The position numbers and the translations under genes were made by a program. The notes beneath the pieces were generated by a model. The model was not told the DNA's origin and searched no databases. It saw nothing but the letters and a program-made list of their open reading frames with translations. A DNA stretch of 64,000 nt from an uncultured Clostridia bacterium (GTDB taxonomy: Bacteria; Bacillota; Clostridia; TANB77; CAG-508), in contig CALXAV010000001.1 of the NCBI GenBank assembly GCA_944386385.1, forward strand, positions 48,910 to 112,909. Reading direction: 5' to 3'. Positions 50,657 to 61,198 of this stretch are shown in pieces. The first letter of the stretch is position 1; every line of letters starts with the position of its first letter.

Positions 50657-51058
50657 ATGAAAATGGAGGCTCAAAAAGTTCGGATTGAAAAAGTTGACAC
50701 TAATGTAGATTTAGGAAAGTGGGAGTTCTATGTTTCATTACATCTTATGTCTGAAAACAAGGATTCAATCGAAATTGAATTTTATGAACAAACTTCATTC
50801 TACTCCTTGTGTCAAATATTAGAATTATATTTTGACCATGGAACAGTGGATGTAAAGAAATTGCAAGGAAAAGAAATGTTAATTATTAAAGGAAAACATC
50901 CTACCGACATTGCTTTCTCAACTCCTCGTTCTGGTCGTACTACTAGGTGGGTAATTTATGGCTGTTGTGACAGACTATATAATAAAACTGAAACATTACG
51001 GATATTAAAAGAAAAATCCGAGTCACTACCATCTATTGAATGTATACCTGTTGAATAA
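50657..51058 (+). CDS. small hypothetical protein, cassette copy 2
   Basis: TTGCAT-17-TATAAT promoter at 50574-50602; conserved leader ATATGTTTTGCAAAAT; diverged paralog of copy 1. Confidence 0.5.
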   Translation: MKMEAQKVRIEKVDTNVDLGKWEFYVSLHLMSENKDSIEIEFYEQTSFYSLCQILELYFDHGTVDVKKLQGKEMLIIKGKHPTDIAFSTPRSGRTTRWVIYGCCDRLYNKTETLRILKEKSESLPSIECIPVE

Positions 51059-51082
51059 TTTAATCTGAACATCCAAAACTAA

Positions 51083-51215
51083 TAAGCAAAACAAAATCTG
51101 CCACAAATATGGCAGAAACGGTGGAACTTAATTTTTAAGATTCCACCGTTATTCTTTATATTATAAAATTAATTATGCTCTATATTCATACTCATTATAG
51201 CAATCGTCTAATATT
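51083..51215. repeat. conserved 3' flank of cassette copy 2 (CTGCCAcaaataTGGCAG hairpin + GGTGGAAC..TTCCACC terminator)
   Basis: aligned by eye to 50436..50570. Confidence 0.5.
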
Positions 51216-51418
51216 TTGTCTTTTTCCTCTTCTGTTAATTTTCGATTTAATTCTTTTTGTCTTTCACCTATTCTTTTACTACTTTCTTCCAATAATATGG
51301 CAAGTTTAGTTGATAATAAATCTTCTACCTTTAATCCTTTCTTCTCAAAATATGTTTCATAGACAAATATAGTAACTGCAACTCCTAAAATAAATGCTAA
51401 ACTAATATATAACATAAA
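51173..51418 (-). CDS. small membrane protein (81 aa)
   Basis: AAAGGAGGAGA RBS before internal ATG; MLYISLAFILGVAVTIFVY TM then charged tail; ORF-track upstream extension unlikely. Confidence 0.4.
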   Translation of the reverse strand, partial: FMLYISLAFILGVAVTIFVYETYFEKKGLKVEDLLSTKLAILLEESSKRIGERQKELNRKLTEEEKDKILDDCYNEYEYRA

Positions 51419-51460
51419 TATCTCCTCCTTTATTTTTTTATATACTATAATCTTTATTTC

Positions 51461-51520
51461 ATCTATTTTCAATTTGAGAAAAAATTTTTTAACTACCCCA
51501 TATATTTTTAATTTGAAAAA
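51461..51520 (-). promoter_or_regulatory. conserved promoter-like element (TTTTTTCTCAAATTGAAAAT.. -35 TTGAAA, -10 TATAGT); second copy at 60575..60632
   Basis: ~45-nt near-identical block shared with region upstream of 59795..60520. Confidence 0.4.
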
Positions 51521-51570
51521 AGCATAATAAAAGTAGTTAAAAACTCTTTTTACCATGCTTTAATCATTTT

Positions 51571-51846
51571 TTAAATTACTGATATACCAATTGGGTTTTT
51601 TGGACTCACATAAACTGTTTCATCAGTTTTATATGAATATACTTGGTTTAATTTCAGCACATTACGAACCTTTCCTTTATAGGTTATTGTGGCTGAAGTT
51701 GTCAGCAATTTAAACTCTTTCATTTCTTCAGATTCAAGATTGCTTTGTAACATCCACCATGTTTCCCAGAGAATATAAATCTGTTTCTTTTTCTGATTCC
51801 GAATTCTCGAAACTACTTTTTTGGGCGTTACTTCTTTCATCTGCAC
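51571..51846 (-). CDS. hypothetical protein
   Basis: 91 aa ORF; no recognised motif. Confidence 0.4.
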   Translation of the reverse strand: MQMKEVTPKKVVSRIRNQKKKQIYILWETWWMLQSNLESEEMKEFKLLTTSATITYKGKVRNVLKLNQVYSYKTDETVYVSPKNPIGISVI

Positions 51847-51981
51847 TTTCCTCCTTAATAATTATTTTGCAAAGGTTAATCAGTTACAACTATTTTTACC
51901 GAAATAGCCACGGAAAGTATATAAATTATAGCATTTTTTGAACATAAAATCAAATATAATAGCTTGTAAATTAATTTTACT

Positions 51982-52461
51982 TTAATTAATCTTTCCAATT
52001 ACTTTTAAAGGATATTCACAAATTAGACATTCTCGATTTGTTTTTATATCTTCAATGTTATACAATTCTTTATTTTCTATTACTAGTATGATTTTATCTG
52101 AAGATGATACTTCATCTAACATTTCAAATATTCTTTTTTGCTCAATTAATCTTGCAACAATAATATCGTATGTGATATTTTCTACAACAAAACTTATTAT
52201 TACGGGAAACTTTCCTTTATCATACATTTGCAAATCTTTTTGATATTTACATATTAAATCTAATGCTACCATAAACTTTATATCTAATCCTCGAAGTTTA
52301 TGATATATTAACCCTGTTTCTTTATCTTTTATAATTAGTTTATTTGTTAAAAGATAATTTATATCTTGCATATTACAATTGGTTAATTTAATTAGCTGAT
52401 TTTCTGTTGCTGTTTTGAATTTTAATAAAAATTGGATTACTTCATTTTGTTTTTTATTCAA
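51982..52461 (-). CDS. hypothetical protein
   Basis: 159 aa; 8-nt overlap with upstream gene suggests operon. Confidence 0.45.
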   Translation of the reverse strand: MNKKQNEVIQFLLKFKTATENQLIKLTNCNMQDINYLLTNKLIIKDKETGLIYHKLRGLDIKFMVALDLICKYQKDLQMYDKGKFPVIISFVVENITYDIIVARLIEQKRIFEMLDEVSSSDKIILVIENKELYNIEDIKTNRECLICEYPLKVIGKIN

Positions 52462-53284
52462 ATGTTTCCCTCCTTACTATTTTTAATAAAGAACTATATA
52501 TCTTCCTTTTTTCTTCTTGAATTTTCTTTATTTTTATAACAACTTTATCTCCTATGATTGGTGGCATTTCCATCCAATTTGGAAGTGTTGCCATTGTATC
52601 TATTCCTTGTTCTAGATTTACAAATACACCATTATCAGAGTATCCAGTAATTTCTCCAAGATACTCTCCACCTTCTACATAATTTTTTCTTGCAACCTTA
52701 TACGGATCTTCTTTTGTGTCCTTATGAGAAACTTTTAATGTTTCATTACTTGCATCTATTTCCTTTATTAACACTTTAATCTTATCTCCTACTTGATATA
52801 GTTTTGATAAGTTAGAAATATATCCGTATTCTAAATCTTCTGGTTTTAATTTTATATCTACACCTAAACATTCTATATCTATATATTTAGGAAAAACAGA
52901 AATCACTCGTGCAAAGATTTTATCACCCTTTTCATACTTTTTTAATTGTACTTTTCTTATTTTCTCCATTGCCATTTTTCTAGATGCTACTGCTTTATTC
53001 GTTAATTTATCTACTTCAACAACTATAAATCTTAATTCTGAACCAATCATATTTCGTAAATTCTTTTTATCTACTTTTCCTTCTCTTATTTCTGATGCTG
53101 GAATTAAAACTTTTATATTCTTAAAATTTACAATCAAGCTATCTATTGGCTTTTTTATCTTTTTACCATCTTGGGTTAAACTAACCATCTCTGTTTCAAT
53201 TGCTATTGCTGTTCCCTTTAAAATTTTTCCTTTTTGATTTGAAGTATGTATATTTTGCCATGCTAATTGTGTTTCACTTATCAT
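52454..53284 (-). CDS. S1-like RNA-binding (OB-fold) repeat protein, hypothetical
   Basis: three segments resembling S1 domains (GDKIFARVISVF..IDIECLGVD; GDKIKVLIKEID; GEYLGEITGYSDNGVFVNL). Confidence 0.4.
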   Translation of the reverse strand: MISETQLAWQNIHTSNQKGKILKGTAIAIETEMVSLTQDGKKIKKPIDSLIVNFKNIKVLIPASEIREGKVDKKNLRNMIGSELRFIVVEVDKLTNKAVASRKMAMEKIRKVQLKKYEKGDKIFARVISVFPKYIDIECLGVDIKLKPEDLEYGYISNLSKLYQVGDKIKVLIKEIDASNETLKVSHKDTKEDPYKVARKNYVEGGEYLGEITGYSDNGVFVNLEQGIDTMATLPNWMEMPPIIGDKVVIKIKKIQEEKRKIYSSLLKIVRRETFE

Positions 53285-55160
53285 GCTGCACCTCCCTTCT
53301 TAACTTTTATAAATTCTTCAAATGTTGGTAATTTTTCTTCTGGCATAATTTTTACATTATCTAATGATATTTTCTTTTTATATTTCTTGATTTCTATTTC
53401 CTCAATTTCCTTTGACATCCAATATTCACTGTAATCAAACTTCTTACATATTAGTGGTTCTTCTCCTCTTATAATAATGATTTCTAAATCATTGTTCATC
53501 CTTATAATTTCATCTGAATTCATAAGATTTCTTGCAACAGTAGCTATTCCTGCATTTCCTAAATCTAATTTTCCATCAAATCCTGCATCTTTTCTAATCG
53601 TGTTATTTTCAACGGTTGATACGCCGTAACATCCTTGAAATATAATCTGCTGTTTGAATGTCATTACATCCAGTTATAATTTTTAAATCGCTGTTTGCAA
53701 CAATTCCTTGCCATGAATTATTAGGATATAAAGTTTCTAGACCACTTACACTTTGGCAAACGATAATACATGAAACACCTCTTGAACGAATAGTTGCTAG
53801 TTTCTTTTGAAAATCGGGTATTTGTCCAATATTAGGAAATTCATCAAGTAGAATACATAGCTCTCTTTTTAACATTTTTGTAGGGCTGTCATCTGCCATT
53901 CTTATGACTTTAATAAACAAAAACGAAAAGAACAAGCTACTTAAAAAAGACATGGTAGAATCCATGTCACTAATAACACAAAAAATTGCTAATTTTTCAT
54001 CATTTAATTTTAAAAAGTCTATATCATTTTTCTTTGTTATAGCATCTATTTCTTTTAACTGGAATATTTGTAATTTGGTAGCTAATCCAGTTATTACTGA
54101 CTGCTTGATATTGTCTGATGCTTGAGCATAAATATTATATGCCATCTTGGTTATTTCTTTTGAATTTTGAAATACTCTATCAATCTTCTTAATATCACCA
54201 GATGCCAAAATGGAATAAATATATCCCATATTTTTCTTATCTTTATCTTCTACTTCTAGTACCGTATGCAATAAAAGAGCCTTTAATAAATTCTCTTGTG
54301 TATTTTGCCAGAATTCATCTCCTCTTTTTGTTCCAATATCAAGTGTTGTTGCCATAACAACTTGTGCAAATGTTTGTGCATCTACATCTTTATCTATGAA
54401 TTTTATTAAATCAATACCATCAGAATATTCTGGATCTACTAAATTAAATAATTTTACATCATACCCTTCTTTTTCAAGTAATCTACAAGTCTTACAATAT
54501 AGTTCTCCGTTTTGGATCAGTAACTATTATATTTTTACCTTGTTGAATAGCATTTTCTAAATTTCTTGCCCTTTCATCTTGTTCTGCAATCTTTAAGATA
54601 TTTGGTACTATAAATTTTCTAGATTTTCCTGAACCTGAAGCACCAAAGACCATAATATTTCTGTTTAATTTTTTATAAGAATCTGGCAGAATAATGATTT
54701 CATCTGTATCTATGGTCTTTCCTAGAATAATACCATTTGTGTTTTTTTCATTTCCAACTTGTAAGATATGTTTTAGGTCATTTATATTTGCAAATCCAGC
54801 TGTTCCATGTGTTCCATCCTTCTTTTTAAATATAATTCCCTCTGTTTCAATATTAGCATTTTTTAAACTTGTCTTTAAATTATAATATGCCATAAAAAAA
54901 ATAACTAATATACCAATTAAAATCACAAATATTATTGGATTATTAGCTAAAATTTTAGGACTATTTAATAAATTAGTAACATTTATTAGGTAATTTGTAT
55001 TAAAACACTTTTCTATTTGCTTAATATATAAATAAATTAAAGGTACTATTATTTCTACAAAAAAAATACCAATTATAATGAATTTAACTAACTTAAATTT
55101 CTTTAACTTGTGTATCTCCATTATTTTCTCCTTCCAATAACTTGTTATTTTCCAGAGCAA
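53281..55160 (-). pseudogene. VirD4/TraG-type type IV coupling protein, disrupted into three reading frames (54492..55160, 53609..54355, 53281..53664)
   Basis: N-terminal TMs + Walker A VFGASGSGKS, DPK motif; middle LLDEFPNIG Walker B and RSRGV; fragments sum to ~600 aa. Confidence 0.6.
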
Positions 55161-56109
55161 TAATCCTACATCTTTTATCTTTATGTATTGCTTTTTCTAT
55201 AAATTCTTTATTCTCTTCTAGAGTGAATATATCAATATGCTTATTTGTATTTTCATTTTCTCTATAAAACCAATTAATTTCATTTAATCTTTGCATATCA
55301 ATAAAAATCATATTTATTATGTAATAGTCCTCATCTAAATAATAATCTGCTAATTTCCAATCACTAATAAGTAGCTCTTTCTTTTCCTCATACTCATTAT
55401 TTATAATTTCATAAAAGTCTATTTCATTTAATTTGGTAAACAATTTTCTATTAAAAGAAGAATTTTTTATTAGATATGTATGTTCTTTATTAAAGTACAT
55501 ATAATCTTGTTCATCTATAATATTTTTAAAATCATCAATAAAAATAATAATTGAATCATAATGAAATACTTTGTTTATATCATAGAAAAGTTGATGTATA
55601 TATCGTTTTTCTTTTTTCTCTGATATATAATAGATTAAATATTTTTGGTTATTTATTATCATCTCTGCTAGATATTTTCTTGCTGTATCGGTATAGATGT
55701 TATTATCTTTCATTTCCCAGCTTGGATTTATTTCTACATTTGAATCAATTGTCATTGTTGCAAGATGTGATAATTCTTTTAATCGTTCCATATACGATAC
55801 GTTATTTTTATTTTTTATATAATCTTTTCCAACCTTTCCTACAAATCTTCTTCCATTTCTATCTAACTCGATATAATAAAATTTATATTTTTTTACATAT
55901 CCATCTTCTATTAATCTTTTTATCCTTTTTCTATGATACCACTCTGATTTATAAATAATCTTTGTATCTTCTACTAACATGATTTTATATTTTGATAAAT
56001 ATTTAATTACTTTTTCATCTTCTTGTGTTAATTTACTCAAATTTTTTCCTTTCCTACTACATAATATTTTTCTATTTTTTTCTTTGTTTAAGGCATTGTT
56101 TTTCAACAA
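55093..56109 (-). CDS. hypothetical protein of conjugative element (possible replication/transfer initiation function)
   Basis: 338 aa basic N-terminus; no HUH motif found; position upstream of coupling protein. Confidence 0.35.
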   Translation of the reverse strand: MLKNNALNKEKNRKILCSRKGKNLSKLTQEDEKVIKYLSKYKIMLVEDTKIIYKSEWYHRKRIKRLIEDGYVKKYKFYYIELDRNGRRFVGKVGKDYIKNKNNVSYMERLKELSHLATMTIDSNVEINPSWEMKDNNIYTDTARKYLAEMIINNQKYLIYYISEKKEKRYIHQLFYDINKVFHYDSIIIFIDDFKNIIDEQDYMYFNKEHTYLIKNSSFNRKLFTKLNEIDFYEIINNEYEEKKELLISDWKLADYYLDEDYYIINMIFIDMQRLNEINWFYRENENTNKHIDIFTLEENKEFIEKAIHKDKRCRIIALENNKLLEGENNGDTQVKEI

Positions 56110-56221
56110 TGCCCTAAACTATATGAAAAAATATTCTTAAATTTATCTAAATTTATAGTATTTCAAATATTTTTTAATGACCAATGTAAGAAATTTTAAA
56201 ATTTAATTAGATTGGACATTT

Positions 56222-56815
56222 TTAAAATAATTTTTCTAAATCTTCTATCCACTCATCAATATATTTGCCATCTAGTACAAACGCTTCTGTGTATGGCTTT
56301 TTCGTATCATTTTTTCCCATTGCTATGTAAAACATATTTGAGAAATTATCATCTTTAATAACTCCTGATGTTACTAATCCATCAATTATCGGCTTTACAT
56401 ACTTATTATCTATATCCATATTCTTTTGCTTCTCATGAACAACAATTATTACAAGTGTTAACTTATCTTGAAATAAATCTTTATATTCTTTCGTACACTC
56501 TGCAACATTTGTCATGATATTTTTATATGAAAAGCTACTAATATTTTTATATTTTGGTAAGACTTCTGGAATATAAATATTTAAAATATTTTTTTCTTTT
56601 CTAGCTTTATACTTGTTATTTACAAAGCTAATATCTTCTTCATTTGAATACTTATTTTCTAAATTTACATTTTCAAATAATTCATATCTAATTTTTTCTA
56701 ATTTTCGTAAATATTTTTCTTTGATTCTGCTATCCATCATATTTCCATATAGGAGCATATCGGATGTTTCATCTTTTAACTCATCTAGAATTTCTATAAA
56801 TCTTCTATTTTGCAT
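56222..56815 (-). CDS. hypothetical protein
   Basis: 197 aa; no recognised motif. Confidence 0.45.
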   Translation of the reverse strand: MQNRRFIEILDELKDETSDMLLYGNMMDSRIKEKYLRKLEKIRYELFENVNLENKYSNEEDISFVNNKYKARKEKNILNIYIPEVLPKYKNISSFSYKNIMTNVAECTKEYKDLFQDKLTLVIIVVHEKQKNMDIDNKYVKPIIDGLVTSGVIKDDNFSNMFYIAMGKNDTKKPYTEAFVLDGKYIDEWIEDLEKLF

Positions 56816-56867
56816 GGTAACCTCCTAAAAAAGAAAGAGGCTAAAAACCTCTTTCTTAATATTATCT

Positions 56868-57125
56868 TTAAGTTTCTTCATCATATTTTTCTGATATTTT
56901 ATTTAAGATTTCTTGTCTTGCTTCTTCTTTTATCGGATATACAAAATTTCTATACCTATTTTCTCTTTTTAGTCTTGCACCTGGCATAATAATATATCTG
57001 CCATTTTTACCATCAAATAACTTAATATCTTTTATTACAATTAGGTCGGATATGCAAATACTTGCATATCCTAGAAAACTTCCTTTTTCTATTTTTTTAA
57101 ATCTTATTTCAGTAATATCTAACAT
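56868..57125 (-). CDS. spoVG: SpoVG family protein
   Basis: aligns along its length with B. subtilis SpoVG (ASI..D...DI...DG.NG.F..MP..R..........PI....R..I...I...Y). Confidence 0.7.
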   Translation of the reverse strand: MLDITEIRFKKIEKGSFLGYASICISDLIVIKDIKLFDGKNGRYIIMPGARLKRENRYRNFVYPIKEEARQEILNKISEKYDEET

Positions 57126-57162
57126 ATTTTAATTCCTCCTCTTAAATATCAATTTTGTATTT

Positions 57163-59725
57163 TTACATTCCTGTCTTTGGTAATTCTACTTCTTTATTTT
57201 CTTCTGGAGTATAAACTATTGTATGTGCATCATCCTCATCTTCTAAAGGTGTATCTACATATTGTCCGTTTACATAGCAGTCATTTACAATAATTTTATT
57301 ATTTGCTAAATCTTCATTAATTTTTACAGTAGCTGTTGGTTTTTCCTCTTCTCTAAATCCTTCTTTAACATCTCCAAATACGAATCTATATTGGGTTACA
57401 TATTCTCCGTCTTGAAGGTTTAAATTCGTAAAATCTACTGTATACTTTTCGTTTGTATTATAATCTTCTCCAATATATGCCCAATTTGTATTTTGGTTTG
57501 TAATATATTGAATTTTATATGTCAATTCTTCATTCCATGTTCCTGTTGTAATACTTTGAATTCTTACTTGTCTTGGTAATTTATCTCCAAAGATGAAATC
57601 TGAAATTGGAACATTAGAGAAGTTTCCAACATGGTTAAAGTCATATGTGATTATATCTCCTTGTTTTGCTTGAGTTGGACCGTTTTTTTCTACATCTACT
57701 ACTAAATTTACATTGTCATTTTCAACTGTTATTTCTATTGTTTGTCCATTTTCTTCAAATTTAAATGGAATTAAATCCTCACTTATTACATAATAGTCAT
57801 CTACTGATAATTCTTTTAAGAAGTATTGTTTTCCAGTTTCTAAATATTTATATGTAAATTCACCATCTGTTGTTTTTACTGTTTCTACATGATTTTTATT
57901 TTCATCTAATATTTCAAAAGTAGCATTAATTTTGCTTCCTTTTTCAAGTTCTGTATATTGGTTATATTCTTTACTTACCTTTGTAACTTTTAAAACATTT
58001 TCATAAACTTTAGTTGGAACATCATCTTCATCTTCTGTTGGTACATCTATATATGTTCCCTCTACATTTACATTGTTTTCAAATACACTATCTTTTTCTA
58101 ATCCTTCAATTGCTTTAGTTGTAACTGTCATTTCTTCAACATTTGAAAACCCTATTTTTACTGTTCCAAATTTTAATTGAAACTGTGTTACATATTCATC
58201 TTTTGCAAGTTCTAAATTTGTAAAGTCTATTTCATTATTTACTTTTGTACTTAAATTATCTTGTAACTTAATATTTTCTCTTTTGTTTGTATTGTAATAT
58301 ATAGAATATTTTAAATCTTCATTATATGTACCTGTTTGAAGTTTTTGCAATCTTACTTCATCTGGCAAGTCATCTGTTAAAGTAAAGTTGTCTAGAGGTA
58401 CATTAGATAAATTTTTAATATTGTCAATTGTATATGTCAAAATTTCATTTCCTTGTACTTCTTCTTTATCAGAGTCTTTATCGACATTTACCTTGATGTC
58501 TACTGGTGTATTTTCAAAAACTACTTTTTGGTCATCTCCATCATGCTCTGGTGTTACTTCTACTTGCGTATCTTTATTTAATAGATAATATTTTGCTGAT
58601 TCTAATTCTGTTATAATATATTTTTGAATATCCATATTAGATAAAGTGATTTTTCCATTAGCATCTGTATAATAATCTTTATTAAATGAACCATCTTCAG
58701 ATTTTACATTAAATTTTGCTCCTTCTAGTGGTTCTCCTTCACCTTTTCCAGTAATTTCACTTTCACCACTTGATATTTTATCTATTTCTATATCTACACT
58801 TGGTTTATAATTCATTTGTGATTTTGCTGTACTTACAACAAATGGATCTGTTGTTAATACATAATCTTGTACGTTATCATTTGGTGCTTTTCCAAATAGA
58901 ATTGGATATGTTTCACATTGTCCTGATAATGTAAATTGTACTGTTATTTCATCTTTTATATTTTCTCTTGGAACTAATACTTTGAAATTTTCTCCTTTGT
59001 CAAAGTTAGTTCTTTCGTTATTGTTTATATCTGTAACTTTTGTTCCAGTAGGAGCTGAAAATGTATCTAATATAACATTTATGTCTTTCATATTAACTTC
59101 AGAAGATACATTAAATGTTTGAGATATATAATTACTATCGATACTATCTACCCCTGCTGGTGAAATACTTGATACATTAATTACTGGGTCTTGATATGTT
59201 TGTGTTCCATTTCTTCCGATATCTACTAGTCGTCTAACTGCATCTGCCATTTGGTTTCCTATTTCATCTACTCCAGAATATCTACTTGTATCTCTACCAT
59301 CCAAAACAGCATAAACTGCTTGTTTAGTAACTGCAAATGCTGACCTTTCATCAGGAACACCCATTTCTGCTGGTGTTTTATATGGGAATCCATTTAATAA
59401 CACTCTCCAAACCATTTGATTGTTTGCGATTTGGCTCATATCACCAATTTCAACGCCATAACTATCCTCATCATCTACTCCGAGGTAGGTCTACATCTAG
59501 GCAGTACGCCGTATATTGTTTGCCATTTTCGTTATACACTATATAGTGTGTTATGATTACGACATCTTGACCAGCTGAATTTCTGTATTTTAAATGTCTT
59601 CCACATTCTCCAAGACTTACTAAATCTACTGTTTGTCCAATCGTTGCTGCAAAAACGTTTGATAACTGTCCTATTATCATAAAAACAATTAGTATTGCAC
59701 TAATTACTCTTTTACTTTGTTTCAT
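57163..59725 (-). pseudogene. thioester-domain (TED) surface adhesin with Cna-B-like repeats and LPKTG motif, frameshifted and C-terminally truncated
   Basis: 59471..59725 encodes signal peptide + YCLD thioester Cys motif; 57163..59439 continues in another frame (TKQAV region, repeated ~150-aa modules) and ends LPKTGM-stop with no hydrophobic anchor. Confidence 0.55.
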
Positions 59726-59794
59726 ATTTAAACAATCTCCTTCCTATTAAAAAAAGCATTGGAATTTTTACGTCCAATACTTTTTAAATTTAAT

Positions 59795-60520
59795 TTAATA
59801 ATTTGTTACACTAATATAATACCTAACCTCATCTTGAAATCCAGTCTTTTGATAAGTTACTGCATAAACTAGAAATGTTACTGGATAAGAATTTAATACA
59901 ATTCCTTCTACTTGTGCTTTTCTATATGGACACATATAGTTTCCTCCAAGTAGACTAGATGATATTTGTATTTTATATCTTTTTTCTGAATTTTCTCCCC
60001 ATAGGTCTTTATTTCTTTTTGCTATATCATCTATATCTTGTATTAATTTTTGAGTTGCAGTATCATTATAGGTTATTTTTTCTTTTGGTATACTTGTTTC
60101 TTCTTTATTATTTGTTGTTTCTTGATTGCTTGTATCTTTTGAACTTTCTTCTTGTTTATTGTTACTACTTGATGTATCTTTTGTATTACTTTTAGTTGTA
60201 TCTTTTACTATGGTTTCACCACTTTTCTTTTCTTCGTTACTTTTACTTACATTATTTTTTTTACTACTTGTATTTTCTTGTTTTAATGTATTTTCATTAT
60301 TACTATTTTGGCTTTTCTCTATGTTTTCTTGTACCACTTCTTCAACTTCATTTGAAGTTTCAGTTAGAGCTACATCAGTAATTTCATTAGTTTCATTTAA
60401 AGTAATTTGATTTTCTGTATCTGATTTTACTTCCTTATTTCCAACATCTACTACACTTGCCACTCCTACTATACTTAAAACAATTGTCGTACAAATACTT
60501 ATTATTACTTTTTTTAACAT
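59795..60520 (-). CDS. membrane-anchored Ser/Thr/Asn/Glu-rich low-complexity protein
   Basis: AGGAGGG RBS before ATG (MLKKVIISICTTIVLS..); TM then ~150 aa low-complexity then folded C-terminal domain. Confidence 0.45.
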   Translation of the reverse strand: MLKKVIISICTTIVLSIVGVASVVDVGNKEVKSDTENQITLNETNEITDVALTETSNEVEEVVQENIEKSQNSNNENTLKQENTSSKKNNVSKSNEEKKSGETIVKDTTKSNTKDTSSSNNKQEESSKDTSNQETTNNKEETSIPKEKITYNDTATQKLIQDIDDIAKRNKDLWGENSEKRYKIQISSSLLGGNYMCPYRKAQVEGIVLNSYPVTFLVYAVTYQKTGFQDEVRYYISVTNY

Positions 60521-60574
60521 AAAAATCCCTCCTCTTATTTTAGAAACTTTTCTAGTTTCTTTTTTTAGAGTATA

Positions 60575-60632
60575 GGATTTATTGATATTCATTTTCAATT
60601 TGAGAAAAAATTTTAAAATATACCCATATTTT
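60575..60632 (-). promoter_or_regulatory. second copy of conserved promoter-like element (-35 TTGAAA, -10 TATACT) driving 59795..60520
   Basis: shares TTTTTTCTCAAATTGAAAAT and CCCATAT blocks with 51461..51520. Confidence 0.4.
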
Positions 60633-61187
60633 TTATATTTCTTCACCTTGTACGCAAAGCCTTAATTCTGGCTTATTTGCAACACATGTAATCAATGTTA
60701 TTTTATTTTCTTTTGTATCTTCAATTTTTGACCAATCTGTACTTTCTATTTCTAGAATTGTTGCAACCTTATACCTCCTTTCTCCCATTTCACTTTTATA
60801 TATGATTAAATCTCCTTTTTCTAATTTATTGATATCTTGAAAATAATGCTGAACATTACTTCCACGATTATGAGATGCTAACGCAATATTTCCATTCCAT
60901 ATGCTTGAATTTGGAAAGTGTCCTATGTCAGTTGCTAAAGTATCTAAATCCACGCCTTCCTTTATTTGAGCTTTAACATCTATTTTTGGAATTTCTAATG
61001 TTCCAATTACATCATTTGGTATTAAATCATCTTCTACTGTATTATCTTGAATTACGGTATTTGTATCATTTGAATTTGTATTTGTATCTTTAATAGTAAA
61101 TGTTTTTACTAAAATATTTGCTAGAAATAATAAAATAACCATTATTACTATAATTAAAATATATTTTAAAACTTTTTTTGTTTTCAT
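60633..61187 (-). CDS. sortase family transpeptidase (class B/D-like)
   Basis: N-terminal TM, catalytic TLITC motif, conserved His in ALASHN, Arg in RLCV. Confidence 0.75.
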   Translation of the reverse strand: MKTKKVLKYILIIVIMVILLFLANILVKTFTIKDTNTNSNDTNTVIQDNTVEDDLIPNDVIGTLEIPKIDVKAQIKEGVDLDTLATDIGHFPNSSIWNGNIALASHNRGSNVQHYFQDINKLEKGDLIIYKSEMGERRYKVATILEIESTDWSKIEDTKENKITLITCVANKPELRLCVQGEEI

Positions 61188-61198
61188 TTCTTCACCTT

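Noticed and set aside
50461-51150. Integron-like attC interpretation of the double hairpins in the cassette 3' flanks
   Set aside because: No integrase, attI or R/L core-site organisation is visible. The hairpin plus T-tract is adequately explained as a terminator, although conserved-flank recombination remains possible (see finding).
59959-60410. Plus-strand ORFs 59959..60195, 60126..60410 and 60196..60381
   Set aside because: Antisense to the Ser/Thr/Glu-rich low-complexity region of 59795..60520. Their Leu/Phe/Tyr repeats are a reverse-complement artefact.
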